Shown here: positions 19,549 to 30,466 of the stretch, in pieces | How positions within the stretch are numbered: position 1 is the stretch's first letter | How the letters are laid out: each line of letters begins with the position of its first letter | Source: Trueperaceae bacterium | GTDB lineage: Bacteria; Deinococcota; Deinococci; Deinococcales; Trueperaceae | DNA: 64,000 nt | Assembly (NCBI GenBank): GCA_965215565.1 | Contig: CBDCDZ010000004.1 | Span: 1,696,001-1,760,000, forward strand | Direction of reading: 5' to 3' | Notes under the pieces: model-generated | What the model was told of the DNA's origin: nothing | The model's database searches: none | Seen by the model: only the letters and a program-made list of their open reading frames with translations | Translations under genes and position numbers: made by a program

Positions 19549-20364
19549 GTGCGCGTCGTCTCGCTCGCTTGTTCGAATACAGAAATCGTCTGCGCGTTAG
19601 GGTGTGCACATACGCTCGTCGGGGTAGACAGCCACTCGGACCGCCCACAAGAGGTCGTTGACGGCTTGCCCAAACTCGGACCCGACTTAGAGATTGATAT
19701 AGACGCAGTGGCAGCCTTAAACCCCGACCTCGTCCTCGCCTCCTTAACCGTGCCGGGACATGAAGAGGTCATCGCAGGTTTGGAAAAAGCAAGTCTTCCC
19801 TACCTCGCGCCGGAGCCTGTACGCCTGGAAGATGTGTATAGGGACGTGCTGATGATAGCCCAACATCTCAACGTCCCAGAACGCGGCGAGAAGCTAGTGA
19901 AAGAAATGCGCTCCGCCTTATCAGATGTTCGACAGCCCAATAAAAGCGCGCCCAAACTCCTCGTCCAGTGGTGGCCCAAACCCGTCATCGTACCAGGGCA
20001 ACGAAGCTGGGTCACTGACCTCATTCATGCGGCGGGCGGACGAAACCCACTTAGCGCAGAAGAGGTCAAAAGCCGACCCCTTACCGACGAAGAGATTACA
20101 GCCATCAACCCGGACGCTTTTATTCTAAGTTGGTGCGGTGTTGCCCCGGAAAAGGTTCGCCCCGATGTGATCTACAGAAATCCGGCTTGGCAAGAGGTCA
20201 ACGCTCTAAAGTGCGGACGGATTTACTGCGTCCCCGAAGCCGACTTGGGCAGACCGGGACCGGGACTCATTCAGGGTTTTAAGTCACTGCGAAGGATTGT
20301 CGAAGAGATCAACCAAAGTAAAGCCAGAGAGGAGCACCATGAGAATCGTCAGCTTACTACCTAG
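19549..20364 (+). CDS. BtuF-like cobalamin/metal-chelate-binding protein, no signal peptide
   Basis: MRVVSLACSNTEIVCALG, NPDLVLA, RPGP helical-backbone receptor motifs. Confidence 0.85.
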   Translation: MRVVSLACSNTEIVCALGCAHTLVGVDSHSDRPQEVVDGLPKLGPDLEIDIDAVAALNPDLVLASLTVPGHEEVIAGLEKASLPYLAPEPVRLEDVYRDVLMIAQHLNVPERGEKLVKEMRSALSDVRQPNKSAPKLLVQWWPKPVIVPGQRSWVTDLIHAAGGRNPLSAEEVKSRPLTDEEITAINPDAFILSWCGVAPEKVRPDVIYRNPAWQEVNALKCGRIYCVPEADLGRPGPGLIQGFKSLRRIVEEINQSKAREEHHENRQLTT

Positions 20365-21298
20365 CGCTACGGAAATCGTCTGCGCGCTAGGGCTCAAAGA
20401 CAACCTCGTCGCCGTGAGCCACGAGTGCGACTATCCGAGTGAGGTCAGACGCTTGCCGCGCATCACGAGCAGCATCTTACCTGCTAATTTGGACCCGCAA
20501 GGGATTGACACGGCGGTCAACGAAGCGGTGCAAGCAGGTAGGGCGCTCTACCAGATCGACGGTGATATGCTGCAGCAGTTTCAGCCCGACCTCATCGTGA
20601 CGCAAGGGGTTTGTGACGTATGCGCGGTAGGTATGGGGACGGTTGAAGCGACGCTAAAATTCTTACCCGACTGTCTGCCCGAAGGGGCGCGCACCCTCTC
20701 GTTTAGCGGCATGAACTTTGAAGGCATTTTGCGCGATATTCGTTTACTTGCAGAAGTGACGGGGCGCGAGGATGAAGCGGCGACGCTTATCACCTCTTTG
20801 CGAGAGAGGTGGAACGCGGTTCGGGAGACCTCTCCAAATTCACAGTCGAACAAATCTATAGACAAACCTAAGGTGTTGATGCTCGAGTGGAGCACTCCGC
20901 CCTTCTACGGCGGTCACTGGGTGCCCGAAATGGTTGAAGTCGCAGGGGGCGAAGACATCTTGGGCACACCAGGGCAAGATTCTAAACGCACCACGTGGGC
21001 GGAAATTGCCGGGCACGCACCTGAAGTGATCGTGGTGATGGCGTGTGGCTACGACTTGGCGAAGAACGTGGAGTTTGCCGAAGCGCTTTACACGCATCTC
21101 GAGGCGAAGCACTTGCCCGCTGTCACAGCGCAAGAGGTCTGGGCGTGCGACGCGAACAGCTACTTCAGCCGTCCGGGGCCGCGCGTGGTGCGCGGAGCGG
21201 AGATTTTGAGGGCGATTCTAAGAGGTCAAGAGGATAAGCTGAAGGGTGCAGAGGCTAGGCGTGTTCTTCCTGTGTCAAGAGGAGTCGTACGAGGATAG
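20339..21298 (+). CDS. BtuF-like cobalamin-binding protein, no signal peptide
   Basis: MRIVSLLPSATEIVCALG, VSHECDYP, TQGVCDVC, GHWVPEM, YFSRPGPR. Confidence 0.88.
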   Translation: MRIVSLLPSATEIVCALGLKDNLVAVSHECDYPSEVRRLPRITSSILPANLDPQGIDTAVNEAVQAGRALYQIDGDMLQQFQPDLIVTQGVCDVCAVGMGTVEATLKFLPDCLPEGARTLSFSGMNFEGILRDIRLLAEVTGREDEAATLITSLRERWNAVRETSPNSQSNKSIDKPKVLMLEWSTPPFYGGHWVPEMVEVAGGEDILGTPGQDSKRTTWAEIAGHAPEVIVVMACGYDLAKNVEFAEALYTHLEAKHLPAVTAQEVWACDANSYFSRPGPRVVRGAEILRAILRGQEDKLKGAEARRVLPVSRGVVRG

Positions 21299-21728
21299 CG
21301 TCCTAAACAAGTCCCACAGTAGGTGAAACACCACCTCAGAGACTAAGACAACCGTAACTAAACTAATAATACTGTCAGCTAAATGTCAGGTTGACACAAT
21401 TTTCTCACGAGTCATCACGGTACACTTTTTGTAGCTTAACTCTCCACCAAGTGGCTATGCACCGTGGAGCAGCGATGTATTTCAGCAGCGTATTTCAAGG
21501 GTGCATTTTAAGACCATGCAACACCACCGCGACACCGTCGCATTGGGGGCGACACCTTAATTTGCAAATTCGTATGGCGTGATATTAGAACGTCGTACAA
21601 AAATAGTGCATATTCGCTTAATCTGGCAGCGTTGAGCAGACTTCATCAACTTAATTTGAGACGTCAGAGATTTATCTGAACGTCGTCGCTGTTCAGAGCA
21701 TTGTCATATCGTCAGGAGGTTGAACAGT

Positions 21729-22754
21729 ATGAGCAAGGGTCAAGGCACACGTGTGCTCGTCGTGGGCGGCGCGGGCTATATCGGCTCTCACACTGCGAAA
21801 GAACTGGCACGGGCAGGCTTCGAACCCGTCGTTTTTGACAACTTGAGCGAAGGACACCGCTACGCCGTGCAGTGGGGACCGCTCGTAGAGGGCGATTTAG
21901 CGGACGAAGAAGGTCTCGTCAAGGCGCTCAAAGACCACCAAATCGACGCCGTGATTCAGTTCGCGGCGAGCGCGTACGTGGGTGAGTCGGTCGAGAACCC
22001 ACGCAAGTATTTTCGCAACAATGTCACCAACACGTTGAACTTGTTGGACGCGATGTTGGAGGCGGACGTCCAACACCTCGTCTTCTCTTCGACCTGCGCG
22101 ACGTACGGTCAGCCCGAGCACATCCCCATAGACGAAGACCACCCACAAAATCCTATCAACCCTTACGGCGAGACCAAGCTCATCGTCGAAAAGGCGCTCC
22201 GCTGGTACGCGCAAGCCTACGCGCTAGAGTATGTGGCGCTCCGTTACTTCAACGCTTCGGGCGCGGATGAGAGCGAAACCATCGGCGAAGACCACGACCC
22301 CGAGACGCACCTGATTCCTCTCATTTTGCAAGCGGCGGCGGGCGAGCGCGAACGCATTGAGATTTATGGGACGGACTACCCCACAGACGACGGGACAGCG
22401 GTACGCGACTACATCCACGTAACCGACTTGGCGCGGGCGCATGTGAAAGCGCTCGAGTACCTCCAAAGGGGTAGCGAAAGCGATGTTTTTAACCTTGGAA
22501 CCGGACGGGGCTATTCGGTCAGAGAGATGGTTCAGAGCGCCGAAAGGGTAAGTGGACGCAGCGTCCGTGCCCATGAAGCCCCTCGTCGTGCGGGCGACCC
22601 ACCCCGCCTGATTGCCGACCCGAGCAAAGCCGAGCGCGTTTTGGGGTGGCGTGCCGAGTACGATTTGGAGACCATCATGCAGACCGCTTGGAATTGGCAG
22701 CAGAAGCAAGCCACAAGAAGCAGAGATAGTAGCAAAGAGGTTGAGCCCGCGTGA
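21729..22754 (+). CDS. galE: UDP-sugar 4-epimerase (GalE family, UDP-xylose/arabinose 4-epimerase-like)
   Basis: [40 protein letters not shown]. Confidence 0.9.
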   Translation: MSKGQGTRVLVVGGAGYIGSHTAKELARAGFEPVVFDNLSEGHRYAVQWGPLVEGDLADEEGLVKALKDHQIDAVIQFAASAYVGESVENPRKYFRNNVTNTLNLLDAMLEADVQHLVFSSTCATYGQPEHIPIDEDHPQNPINPYGETKLIVEKALRWYAQAYALEYVALRYFNASGADESETIGEDHDPETHLIPLILQAAAGERERIEIYGTDYPTDDGTAVRDYIHVTDLARAHVKALEYLQRGSESDVFNLGTGRGYSVREMVQSAERVSGRSVRAHEAPRRAGDPPRLIADPSKAERVLGWRAEYDLETIMQTAWNWQQKQATRSRDSSKEVEPA

Positions 22755-23737
22755 GGGTGCTTATCACAGGCAGCGCGGGCTTTATCGGCAGTCATCTCAC
22801 TGAGCGTTTTTTACGTGAAGGGCATTCTGTTATCGGGGTGGACAACTACCTGAGCGGACAGCGGCGCAATACCGATCTCTTTTTGGGACATCCTCAGTTT
22901 GAATTTATCGAGGCGGATGTCTCCAACGGCTTTACCTACGAGGGCGCACCTCTTGACTGGGTCTTGCACTTCGCCAGCCCCGCCAGCCCCCCGCACTACC
23001 AGCAGCACCCCATCGCCACGCTAATGGTAGGCGCACAAGGGACGCAGCACGCTTTAGAGCTTGCGCGGTCACACGGCGCAAAATTCATGCTCGCCAGCAC
23101 CAGCGAAGTCTACGGCGACCCCTTAGTGCATCCGCAGCCCGAGAGCTATTGGGGCAACGTCAACTCGCACGGACCGCGCAGTTGCTACGACGAGGCGAAG
23201 CGCTACGCCGAAGCCATCACGGGCGCATACCGCACGCATCACGGGATTGACACGCGCATCATTCGCATCTTTAACTGCTTCGGACCGAGGATGCGGAGTG
23301 ACGACGGGCGCGTTGTCACCAACCTCATCAATCAGGCGTTGGCGGGCGAACCGCTAACGGTTTATGGCGACGGTCAGCAGACGCGCAGCTTTCAGTATGT
23401 GGACGACTTAGTTGAGGGCATCGTGCGGCTGATGAACACGGCGTATACCGAGCCCGTCAACCTAGGGAGCCCCAAAGAGCACACGATTCTGGAGTTCGCC
23501 AAACTCATCAAAGACTTGACAAAGAGCCCCTCGACGCTCCTCTTCGAGCCGCTGCCGCAAGACGACCCCAAACAGCGCCGCCCCGATATTTCCACCGCCA
23601 AGCGGATTTTAGACTGGGAACCTAGGGTTCCGCTTAAAGATGGGCTGAAAGAGACCATCGCTTACTTCGAGATGTTGCGAGGCTCGAGCCTCACCCCCGC
23701 CGCTACTTCTGAAGCCGTCACCGCAGGAGCCGCATGA
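22751..23737 (+). CDS. uxs: UDP-glucuronate decarboxylase (UDP-xylose synthase)
   Basis: [52 protein letters not shown]. Confidence 0.92.
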   Translation: MRVLITGSAGFIGSHLTERFLREGHSVIGVDNYLSGQRRNTDLFLGHPQFEFIEADVSNGFTYEGAPLDWVLHFASPASPPHYQQHPIATLMVGAQGTQHALELARSHGAKFMLASTSEVYGDPLVHPQPESYWGNVNSHGPRSCYDEAKRYAEAITGAYRTHHGIDTRIIRIFNCFGPRMRSDDGRVVTNLINQALAGEPLTVYGDGQQTRSFQYVDDLVEGIVRLMNTAYTEPVNLGSPKEHTILEFAKLIKDLTKSPSTLLFEPLPQDDPKQRRPDISTAKRILDWEPRVPLKDGLKETIAYFEMLRGSSLTPAATSEAVTAGAA

Positions 23738-26298
23738 GCACCTCAACCCATCCCACAACGAGTTCAGCGAAACTCGCCGCTACGCTAACGCAAAAGAAGC
23801 GCTTGTCCGTCAAAGGCAAATTCCTCTTTTTGGGCGACGAGAAGTTCTACCTCAAAGGCGTGACGTACGGGACGTTTTCCCCAAATCAAAATGACGAACT
23901 TTTCCCCGAGCCGGAGGTTGTCGCTGAGGACTTCAAGCTCATGCGCGAGAACGGCGTCAACACGGTGCGCACCTACACCGCGCCGCCGAACTGGTTGTTG
24001 GACGAAGCCTTGAAGCGTGACCTCCGCGTGATGGTGGGGCTTCCCTGGGAGCAGCATGTGGCGTTTTTGGATGAGGGGTTGGCGAACGATATCGCGCGGC
24101 GCGTGCGCGACGAGGTCTCGCGCAGTGCCGGACACCCCGCTGTCCTCTGCTACGCCATCGGCAACGAGATTCCCGCGCCGATGGTGCGCTGGCACGGCAA
24201 GAAACGAGTGGAGAACTTCTTACACCGGCTCTACCGCACGGTTAAAGAAATCGACGCTGACGCGCTCGTGACCTACGTGAACTATCCGACGACGGAATAC
24301 TTGGCGCTTCCCTTCTTAGATTTCGTCGCCTTTAACGCCTATTTAGAGACTCAAGAACAACTCGACGCCTACCTCGCCAAGCTGCAAAACCTCGCGGGTG
24401 AGCGTCCTTTAGTCATGGCGGAAGTCGGGCTGGACAGTTTGCGCAATGGGTTAGAAAAACAAGCTGAGGTCATGGACTGGCAGGTCAGCAGCGCGTTTGG
24501 GGCGGGCTGCGCGGGCATGTTCGTGTTCGCCTGGACGGATGAATGGTACCGGGGCGGATATGAGATTGAGGATTGGGACTTCGGTCTCGTTACGCGCTCG
24601 AGGGAGCTAAAACCCGTTTTAAAAACCGTGCGTGAGGCGTTTGAAAACGTTCCCTTCAGTTTACAAACCGAATGGCAAAAAATCTCGGTTGTCGTGTGCA
24701 GCTATAACGGCGCGAAGACGATTCGGGACACATTGGAGGGGTTGGAGCGGCTCGAGTATCCCAACTTCGAAGCTATCGTCGTAGACGACGGCTCCACCGA
24801 CGCCACCGCCGCGATTGCCAGCGAGTTTGATGTGAACCTCATCAGTACTGAAAACGGCGGTTTGAGCGCCGCGCGCACCACCGGGCTTCACGCAGCGACG
24901 GGCGACATCGTCGCCTACATCGACGACGACGCCTACCCCGACCCGCACTGGCTTCACTACTTAGCCCACAGCTACGCGGTAAGCGACTACGTCGGCGTGG
25001 GCGGACCCAACCTCTTGCCCGCCGAGGACGGACCCATCGCCGAATGCGTCGCCAACTCGCCTGGCGGACCGACGCACGTCCTCGTGTCCGACACCGAAGC
25101 CGAGCACATTCCGGGCTGCAACATGTCCTTTCGCCGCGACGCGCTCCTCAAAATCGGCGGCTTCGACCCGCGCTACCGCGCGGCGGGCGACGACGTAGAC
25201 GCTTGCTGGCGCGTCCAAGAAAAGGTTGGGAAAATCGGCTTCAGCCCTGCCGCTGTGGTGTGGCACCATCGGCGCAGTTCACTACAAATGTACTGGAAGC
25301 AGCAACAAGGCTACGGCAAAGCCGAGGCATTGTTAGCCGAAAAGTACCCTGAGCGCTACAACATGGCGGGGCACATCGCCTGGTCTGGGCGCATCTATGG
25401 GCGCGGACTCACCGAAGCGCTCAAAGTGTTTCCGCAGCGGGTCTATCAGGGAACGTGGGGTAGTGCGCCCTTTCAGTCCTTGTACGAACGCGACGCCACG
25501 CCCCTCGCCTCGCTCGCGCTGATGCCCGAGTGGTATCTGCTTACAGGCGTGCTCGCCACACTGAGCGCGCTGGGCGCGTTCTGGTCTCCTCTATTGATTG
25601 CTATACCGCTTCTCTTCATTGCCGTCGCCGTGCCAGTAGGACAAGCCGTAAAGAGCGCGGCGAATGCGTCGTTCAACAGCTTAGGCGATCCACCCAACAG
25701 ACGCAAAGCACTCAAACTGCGCGGATTAACAGCGCTTTTGCACTTAGCACAACCCGCCGCGCGGCTCATCGGGCGCTTGCGGCACGGGCTGACCTTGTGG
25801 CGGCAGTATGCACCCGCGACGACCCTTCCGAAGACGCAAGACCTCACCGTGTGGCAAGAGGTGTGGCGCGACCCGAACGAGTGGTTGCGGCGGTTGGAGA
25901 GCCAACTCAAGGAGCACATGCCAACCCAGCACATCCCTGTTCGACGTGGTAGCGACTTCGACCGCTGGGATTTGTCGGTGCGCGGCGGCGCACTCGGTGA
26001 CGCTCACATCCTCATGGCGATTGAAGAACACGGCAGCGGCAAGCAGTACGCCCGCTTCCGCGTGACGCCCAAAGCGAACCGTTTGGCGCTCGCAAGTGCC
26101 GTTATGCTCGTCACCCTGGCACTCTTAGCTGCTCTAAGTGGAGCGTGGATAGCAGCGGCGTGTCTGCTCGCGTTCGCCCTACCGATTTCTCTAGCGACCT
26201 GTCAGCACTGTGCGGCGGCAGTGGGGACGGCCAGGGACGCTATCCACCGCTTAGACGCTGCCCTAAGTTCCGAAAGTGAAACCGACCCGACTTCATGA
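23734..26298 (+). CDS. GH-A clan (GH2-like) TIM barrel fused to a GT2 glycosyltransferase with C-terminal TM helices
   Basis: IGNE acid/base and MAEVG nucleophile motifs; VVVCSYN, VDDGSTD, YIDDD, GCNM, GDDVD, QQQGY; hydrophobic C-terminus. Confidence 0.85.
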   Translation: MSTSTHPTTSSAKLAATLTQKKRLSVKGKFLFLGDEKFYLKGVTYGTFSPNQNDELFPEPEVVAEDFKLMRENGVNTVRTYTAPPNWLLDEALKRDLRVMVGLPWEQHVAFLDEGLANDIARRVRDEVSRSAGHPAVLCYAIGNEIPAPMVRWHGKKRVENFLHRLYRTVKEIDADALVTYVNYPTTEYLALPFLDFVAFNAYLETQEQLDAYLAKLQNLAGERPLVMAEVGLDSLRNGLEKQAEVMDWQVSSAFGAGCAGMFVFAWTDEWYRGGYEIEDWDFGLVTRSRELKPVLKTVREAFENVPFSLQTEWQKISVVVCSYNGAKTIRDTLEGLERLEYPNFEAIVVDDGSTDATAAIASEFDVNLISTENGGLSAARTTGLHAATGDIVAYIDDDAYPDPHWLHYLAHSYAVSDYVGVGGPNLLPAEDGPIAECVANSPGGPTHVLVSDTEAEHIPGCNMSFRRDALLKIGGFDPRYRAAGDDVDACWRVQEKVGKIGFSPAAVVWHHRRSSLQMYWKQQQGYGKAEALLAEKYPERYNMAGHIAWSGRIYGRGLTEALKVFPQRVYQGTWGSAPFQSLYERDATPLASLALMPEWYLLTGVLATLSALGAFWSPLLIAIPLLFIAVAVPVGQAVKSAANASFNSLGDPPNRRKALKLRGLTALLHLAQPAARLIGRLRHGLTLWRQYAPATTLPKTQDLTVWQEVWRDPNEWLRRLESQLKEHMPTQHIPVRRGSDFDRWDLSVRGGALGDAHILMAIEEHGSGKQYARFRVTPKANRLALASAVMLVTLALLAALSGAWIAAACLLAFALPISLATCQHCAAAVGTARDAIHRLDAALSSESETDPTS

Positions 26299-28082
26299 CC
26301 TCGTACAGCGACCTGCACCTCTTCAAACACCTTCTCAAACAGGCGCGTCCGTACTGGCGTTCTATCGTCAGCCTCTTCGTCATCGACCTCTTAGCGACGC
26401 CGCTGGCGCTGCTCACGCCCGTCCCGCTGGCGCTCGCTGTAGACTACGTGCTGGGTGACAAAGCGTTTCCCGCGTTCTGGGCGAACCTCTTGCCTGACGC
26501 GCTCACGGGCTCGACCTCGGCGCTGCTCTTTTTTACGGTGGGTCTCGTCATCGCCGTCGCGCTCCTCACACAACTGCAAGCCCTCGGGCGCTCGCTCCTC
26601 AGCACCTACACAGGCGAGCGGCTGGTCTTGCAGTTTCGCAACCGCTTGTTTCACCACCTTCAGCGGCTCTCGCTCAGCTATCACGATAGGCAGGGCACAA
26701 CCGATTCGCTCTACCGCGTTCAATACGACGCCACCGCGATTCAAACCGTCGTCATCAACGGGCTTGCGCCCCTACTCACCACCTTTTTCACCGTCGGCGC
26801 GATGCTCGTCATCATGGCGCGTATCGAACTCAGCTTGGCGCTCGTGGCGCTCTTAGTGACGCCCGTGCTCTACGTCCTGACGCAGCTCTACCGCGCTCGG
26901 CTGCGCCGTCAGTGGAAAGAGGTCAAGAAGTTAGAAAGCAGCGCTATGTCCGTGGTGCAAGAGGTCTTAGCGGCGCAGCGCGTGGTCAAAGCGTTTCGCC
27001 GCGAAGACCACGAGCAAGCGAGGTTCGTAAGGCACTCGGAGGCGAGCATCAGCGCGAAGCTGCGCACGGTCATGTCCGAGGGCGCGTTCAACGTGATGAT
27101 TGGACTCACCACGGCGCTCGGCACGGCGGCGGTGCTCTTCATCGGCGTGCGGAGCATCCAAGCGGGGACGATGACAGTAGGCGCGTTGGTCCTCGTCATG
27201 TCGTACTTAGCGCAGCTTTACGGTCCCCTGAAAAGCATCGGCAAGCGCGTCGCGCAGCTTCAAAACGCCTTTGCGAGTGCGGAGCGAGCGTACGGGCTGC
27301 TGGATAAAACGCCCGAAGTGATGGAGATAAAGGACGCGAGAGGACTTAGGACGGCGAAAGGAAACGTCACCTTTCAAGAGGTCTCCTTTGCCTACCCGGA
27401 TGGTCCCGAAGTCTTGAGCAGTATCTCTTTCGAGGTCACGCCGGGAACTAAAGTCGGCATCGTCGGACGTACGGGCGCGGGCAAGTCCACCTTGATGAGC
27501 CTGCTCGTTCGCTTCTACGACCCAACTAGCGGACAGATTCTTTTAGACGGGGTGGACGTGCGGGACTACAAGCTGGACGATCTGCGCCGTCAGTACGCCA
27601 TCGTCTTGCAAGAGCCGCTGCTCTTTTCCTCCTCCATCGCCGAGAACATCGCCTACGGACGCCCTGGCGCAAACCAAAAAGAGATTGAAAAGGCTGCGCA
27701 AGCGGCGAACGCCCACGACTTCATCACGCACCTCCCGGACGGGTACGACACCCCGGTAGGTGACAGAGGTCTCAGGCTCTCGGGCGGCGAACGTCAACGG
27801 ATTGCGCTGGCACGAGCCTTTTTACGCGACGCGCCCCTCCTCATTCTGGACGAACCGACGAGTTCCGTGGACGTGCAGACCGAAGCGGGCATTACCCAAG
27901 CAATGGAGCGGCTGATGCAGGGGCGCACCACCTTCATGATCGCCCACCGCCTCAGCACGTTAGATAGCTGTGACCTGCTCTTGACCGTCGAGGATGGGCG
28001 TTTGGTAGACGAAACCAGGGAGGTTCGAAGGGCGCTCGCTGAGGTAGGGCAGGCGCAAGAACTCGAGGTCACTCATGCCTGA
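26295..28082 (+). CDS. ABC exporter, fused permease/ATPase (MsbA/NdvA-like)
   Basis: TM domain, GRTGAGKST, LSGGERQR, ILDEPTS. Confidence 0.95.
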   Translation: MTSYSDLHLFKHLLKQARPYWRSIVSLFVIDLLATPLALLTPVPLALAVDYVLGDKAFPAFWANLLPDALTGSTSALLFFTVGLVIAVALLTQLQALGRSLLSTYTGERLVLQFRNRLFHHLQRLSLSYHDRQGTTDSLYRVQYDATAIQTVVINGLAPLLTTFFTVGAMLVIMARIELSLALVALLVTPVLYVLTQLYRARLRRQWKEVKKLESSAMSVVQEVLAAQRVVKAFRREDHEQARFVRHSEASISAKLRTVMSEGAFNVMIGLTTALGTAAVLFIGVRSIQAGTMTVGALVLVMSYLAQLYGPLKSIGKRVAQLQNAFASAERAYGLLDKTPEVMEIKDARGLRTAKGNVTFQEVSFAYPDGPEVLSSISFEVTPGTKVGIVGRTGAGKSTLMSLLVRFYDPTSGQILLDGVDVRDYKLDDLRRQYAIVLQEPLLFSSSIAENIAYGRPGANQKEIEKAAQAANAHDFITHLPDGYDTPVGDRGLRLSGGERQRIALARAFLRDAPLLILDEPTSSVDVQTEAGITQAMERLMQGRTTFMIAHRLSTLDSCDLLLTVEDGRLVDETREVRRALAEVGQAQELEVTHA

Positions 28083-29067
28083 CGTGATGGACAACGCATT
28101 AGCGCAAGAGGTTGAACGCGCCACTATGCGGCGCACGGGGCAAGGGGAAAAGGTGGACACGCTCGAGCAGCGCACCGTTGGCGCGGACCTCTATTCTTAC
28201 GAAACGCGCTTAGTTGACGTGACGTTCACCTCGGGCAAAAAAGAGACCTACTTCCTCAAGGACTTCGGCAGCTCGAGGCTCCCCAAGGACGAATCCTTGC
28301 GGCAGCGGCGCGAGCGCGAACTGGCGGTGTACGAAGAGATTCTCGCGGGCTCGTCACTCGGTGAGCCCGACTATATCGGCAAGGTGTGGAACAAAGCAAG
28401 AGGTCAATTTTGGTTGCTCTTAGAGTACGTCCCCGGCGAAGAGTTGAGCTACTGCGAGTTCGAACACTGGGTCAGCGCCGCCGCTTGGCTCGGGCGCTTT
28501 CAAGGGTATATCAAGGCGCATCCTGAGCACCTGGAGCACCCCACGCTTTTACGTCACGACGCGGCGTTTTTTCTCGAGAAAAGTAAACAGGCTCGAGAGG
28601 TTACAGCGCAAGTTTCGGACGAGTTTTCAAAGCGTCTAGCGCCGATTGTTCAGACGTACGACGCCGCAACCGAACACATCACCGCGCAACCCATAACGCT
28701 CGTCCACGGCGCGTACCGCCCGCACAACATTCTCATCCGCAAAGACCCATACTGCGTCGCCCCTACCGATTGGGAGAGCGCCGCGCTCGGCACGCCGCTC
28801 TACGACTTCGCATGTCTAGCGGACGGCTTTGAGGGAGAACAGTTAGAGCAACTCTGGGGTGCGTTCAGCGCCGAGGCGACGATAAGAGGTCTCACCCTGC
28901 CCGGCGAGCGAGAGATGCAGCTTCACCTCGCGTATGTGCGGCTCTACCGCGTGATGTACTGGCTCAGCTTGACGGTAGAGAACGGGGATTCTTTGGAACA
29001 CACGCAAGGCATCATCGCGTTAGCGGAAGACCTTCACGAGAGGCTCGAGCGAAGCGTAACACCATGA
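28075..29067 (+). CDS. aminoglycoside phosphotransferase/choline kinase fold protein
   Basis: LKDF, LLLEYVPG, LVHGAYRPHNIL, TDWE. Confidence 0.75.
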   Translation: MPDVMDNALAQEVERATMRRTGQGEKVDTLEQRTVGADLYSYETRLVDVTFTSGKKETYFLKDFGSSRLPKDESLRQRRERELAVYEEILAGSSLGEPDYIGKVWNKARGQFWLLLEYVPGEELSYCEFEHWVSAAAWLGRFQGYIKAHPEHLEHPTLLRHDAAFFLEKSKQAREVTAQVSDEFSKRLAPIVQTYDAATEHITAQPITLVHGAYRPHNILIRKDPYCVAPTDWESAALGTPLYDFACLADGFEGEQLEQLWGAFSAEATIRGLTLPGEREMQLHLAYVRLYRVMYWLSLTVENGDSLEHTQGIIALAEDLHERLERSVTP

Positions 29068-30221
29068 CTATCCTCGTCGGCTCCGTCATCTCGCGCTATC
29101 CGTGCGTCCCCGGCTCGGCCCTGAACCGCCTTAACTTCATCGCTGGCTTGCAGCGTTTGGGGCGTGAGGTCTACTTCGTCGAGGAGATAGGCGCGGACGC
29201 TTGTGTGGACGCAAGAGGTGAACCGTGCCCTTACGGAGCGAGCGCCAACCGTGACCTCTTCTTAGAATTGATGGCGCAGTTCGGGCTCAGTGAACGTTCT
29301 TGTCAGGTTTTTGCAAGCGGCGAGCAAACGGCGGGTTTGACCTTAAAAGAACTCCTCAACCGCACGAAAGACGCCCTGCTCATCAACATGTCGGGGCATG
29401 TGACATTGGAATCTGTCCTCTCCAACGCCGCCCGCCGCGTTTACGTAGACCAAGACCCCGTCTATACGCAACTGTGGCGCTCCAAATACGAGGTGAATTT
29501 GAACTTCGACGCGCACGAGGTGTTCTTCTCCGTCGGCTTGAACATCGGCACAGAGCACAGCCCCATCCCCGACGCGGGCGTGACGTGGCAGCCTCTTTTA
29601 CCCGTCATCGTGCCTGAGTTGTGGTCTGACGCGGATACAGATAAAACGCCCAGCGAAACCGGACGCTTCACCACCATCGCGTCGTGGAGTGGCTACGGGG
29701 ACCTCGAGTATAACGGCGAGTGGTACGGCGCAAAGCACGAGATGTTCACTGCCTTTGCCGAGTTGCCCAAGCTCAGCGGACAACCTTTCGAAGTCGCCCT
29801 CAAAAGCTACCGCGACGAAGACGAAGGGATTCGAGTATTACGGCGCGGTGGCTGGTGCATCTCGTCGGCTAAGGGCCTCACCTCTTTGGACAGGTATAGG
29901 CACTTCATCACTCATTCCAAGGCGGAAATCGGCATTGCCAAAACCGCTTACGTCAAGGGCAACTCGGGCTGGTTCAGTGACCGAGCCGCGCACTATTTAG
30001 CGAGCGGGCGTCCTATCTTGGCGCAATCCACGGGCTTTGAAAGAGTCCTGCCAACAGGGGAAGGGGTAGTGACGTTCGAGACGCTGGAGGACGCTGCTGT
30101 GGGCGCAGACCTCATTAGCGCTGAGTACAGCGAACACGCTAAAGCTGCTCGAGCCTTCGCTGGTGAGTATCTCGACTACCGCAAGGTGCTACCGGAGATG
30201 TTGGAACGTTGTTTAGATTAG
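29064..30221 (+). CDS. putative GT-B fold glycosyltransferase
   Basis: YVDQDPVYTQLW, GWFSDRAAHYLASGRP, TGF..LPTGEG; paralog of 30467..31615. Confidence 0.65.
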   Translation: MTILVGSVISRYPCVPGSALNRLNFIAGLQRLGREVYFVEEIGADACVDARGEPCPYGASANRDLFLELMAQFGLSERSCQVFASGEQTAGLTLKELLNRTKDALLINMSGHVTLESVLSNAARRVYVDQDPVYTQLWRSKYEVNLNFDAHEVFFSVGLNIGTEHSPIPDAGVTWQPLLPVIVPELWSDADTDKTPSETGRFTTIASWSGYGDLEYNGEWYGAKHEMFTAFAELPKLSGQPFEVALKSYRDEDEGIRVLRRGGWCISSAKGLTSLDRYRHFITHSKAEIGIAKTAYVKGNSGWFSDRAAHYLASGRPILAQSTGFERVLPTGEGVVTFETLEDAAVGADLISAEYSEHAKAARAFAGEYLDYRKVLPEMLERCLD

Positions 30222-30248
30222 AGGAAGCTGTTAGACAAAAATGAACCA

Positions 30249-30413
30249 TGTCATTCTGAATGGAGCGTCAGCCCTTACAGGATAGACTCCATGAAGAATC
30301 TCTGACTTTGCCGACTCCTATGGCTGAGAAGCGAAAGGTGAGACCCTTCGCAATCCGTTTCGTTTTCCAACCGCAGGACAAATCAGAGCAACGTTGCAGA
30401 GGCTCAGGGTGGC
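30249..30413. repeat. TGTC-class REP-like element with inserts
   Basis: tgtcattctga...gaagaatct ... agacccttcgc...gctcagggtggca; shares gccctt(g)acaggatagactcc with the 3174 element. Confidence 0.6.
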
Positions 30414-30466
30414 ATGGAAAAAGAAATTTGTAACGAAAAATCGACCTGTCAACGAAAAGGACGGAT

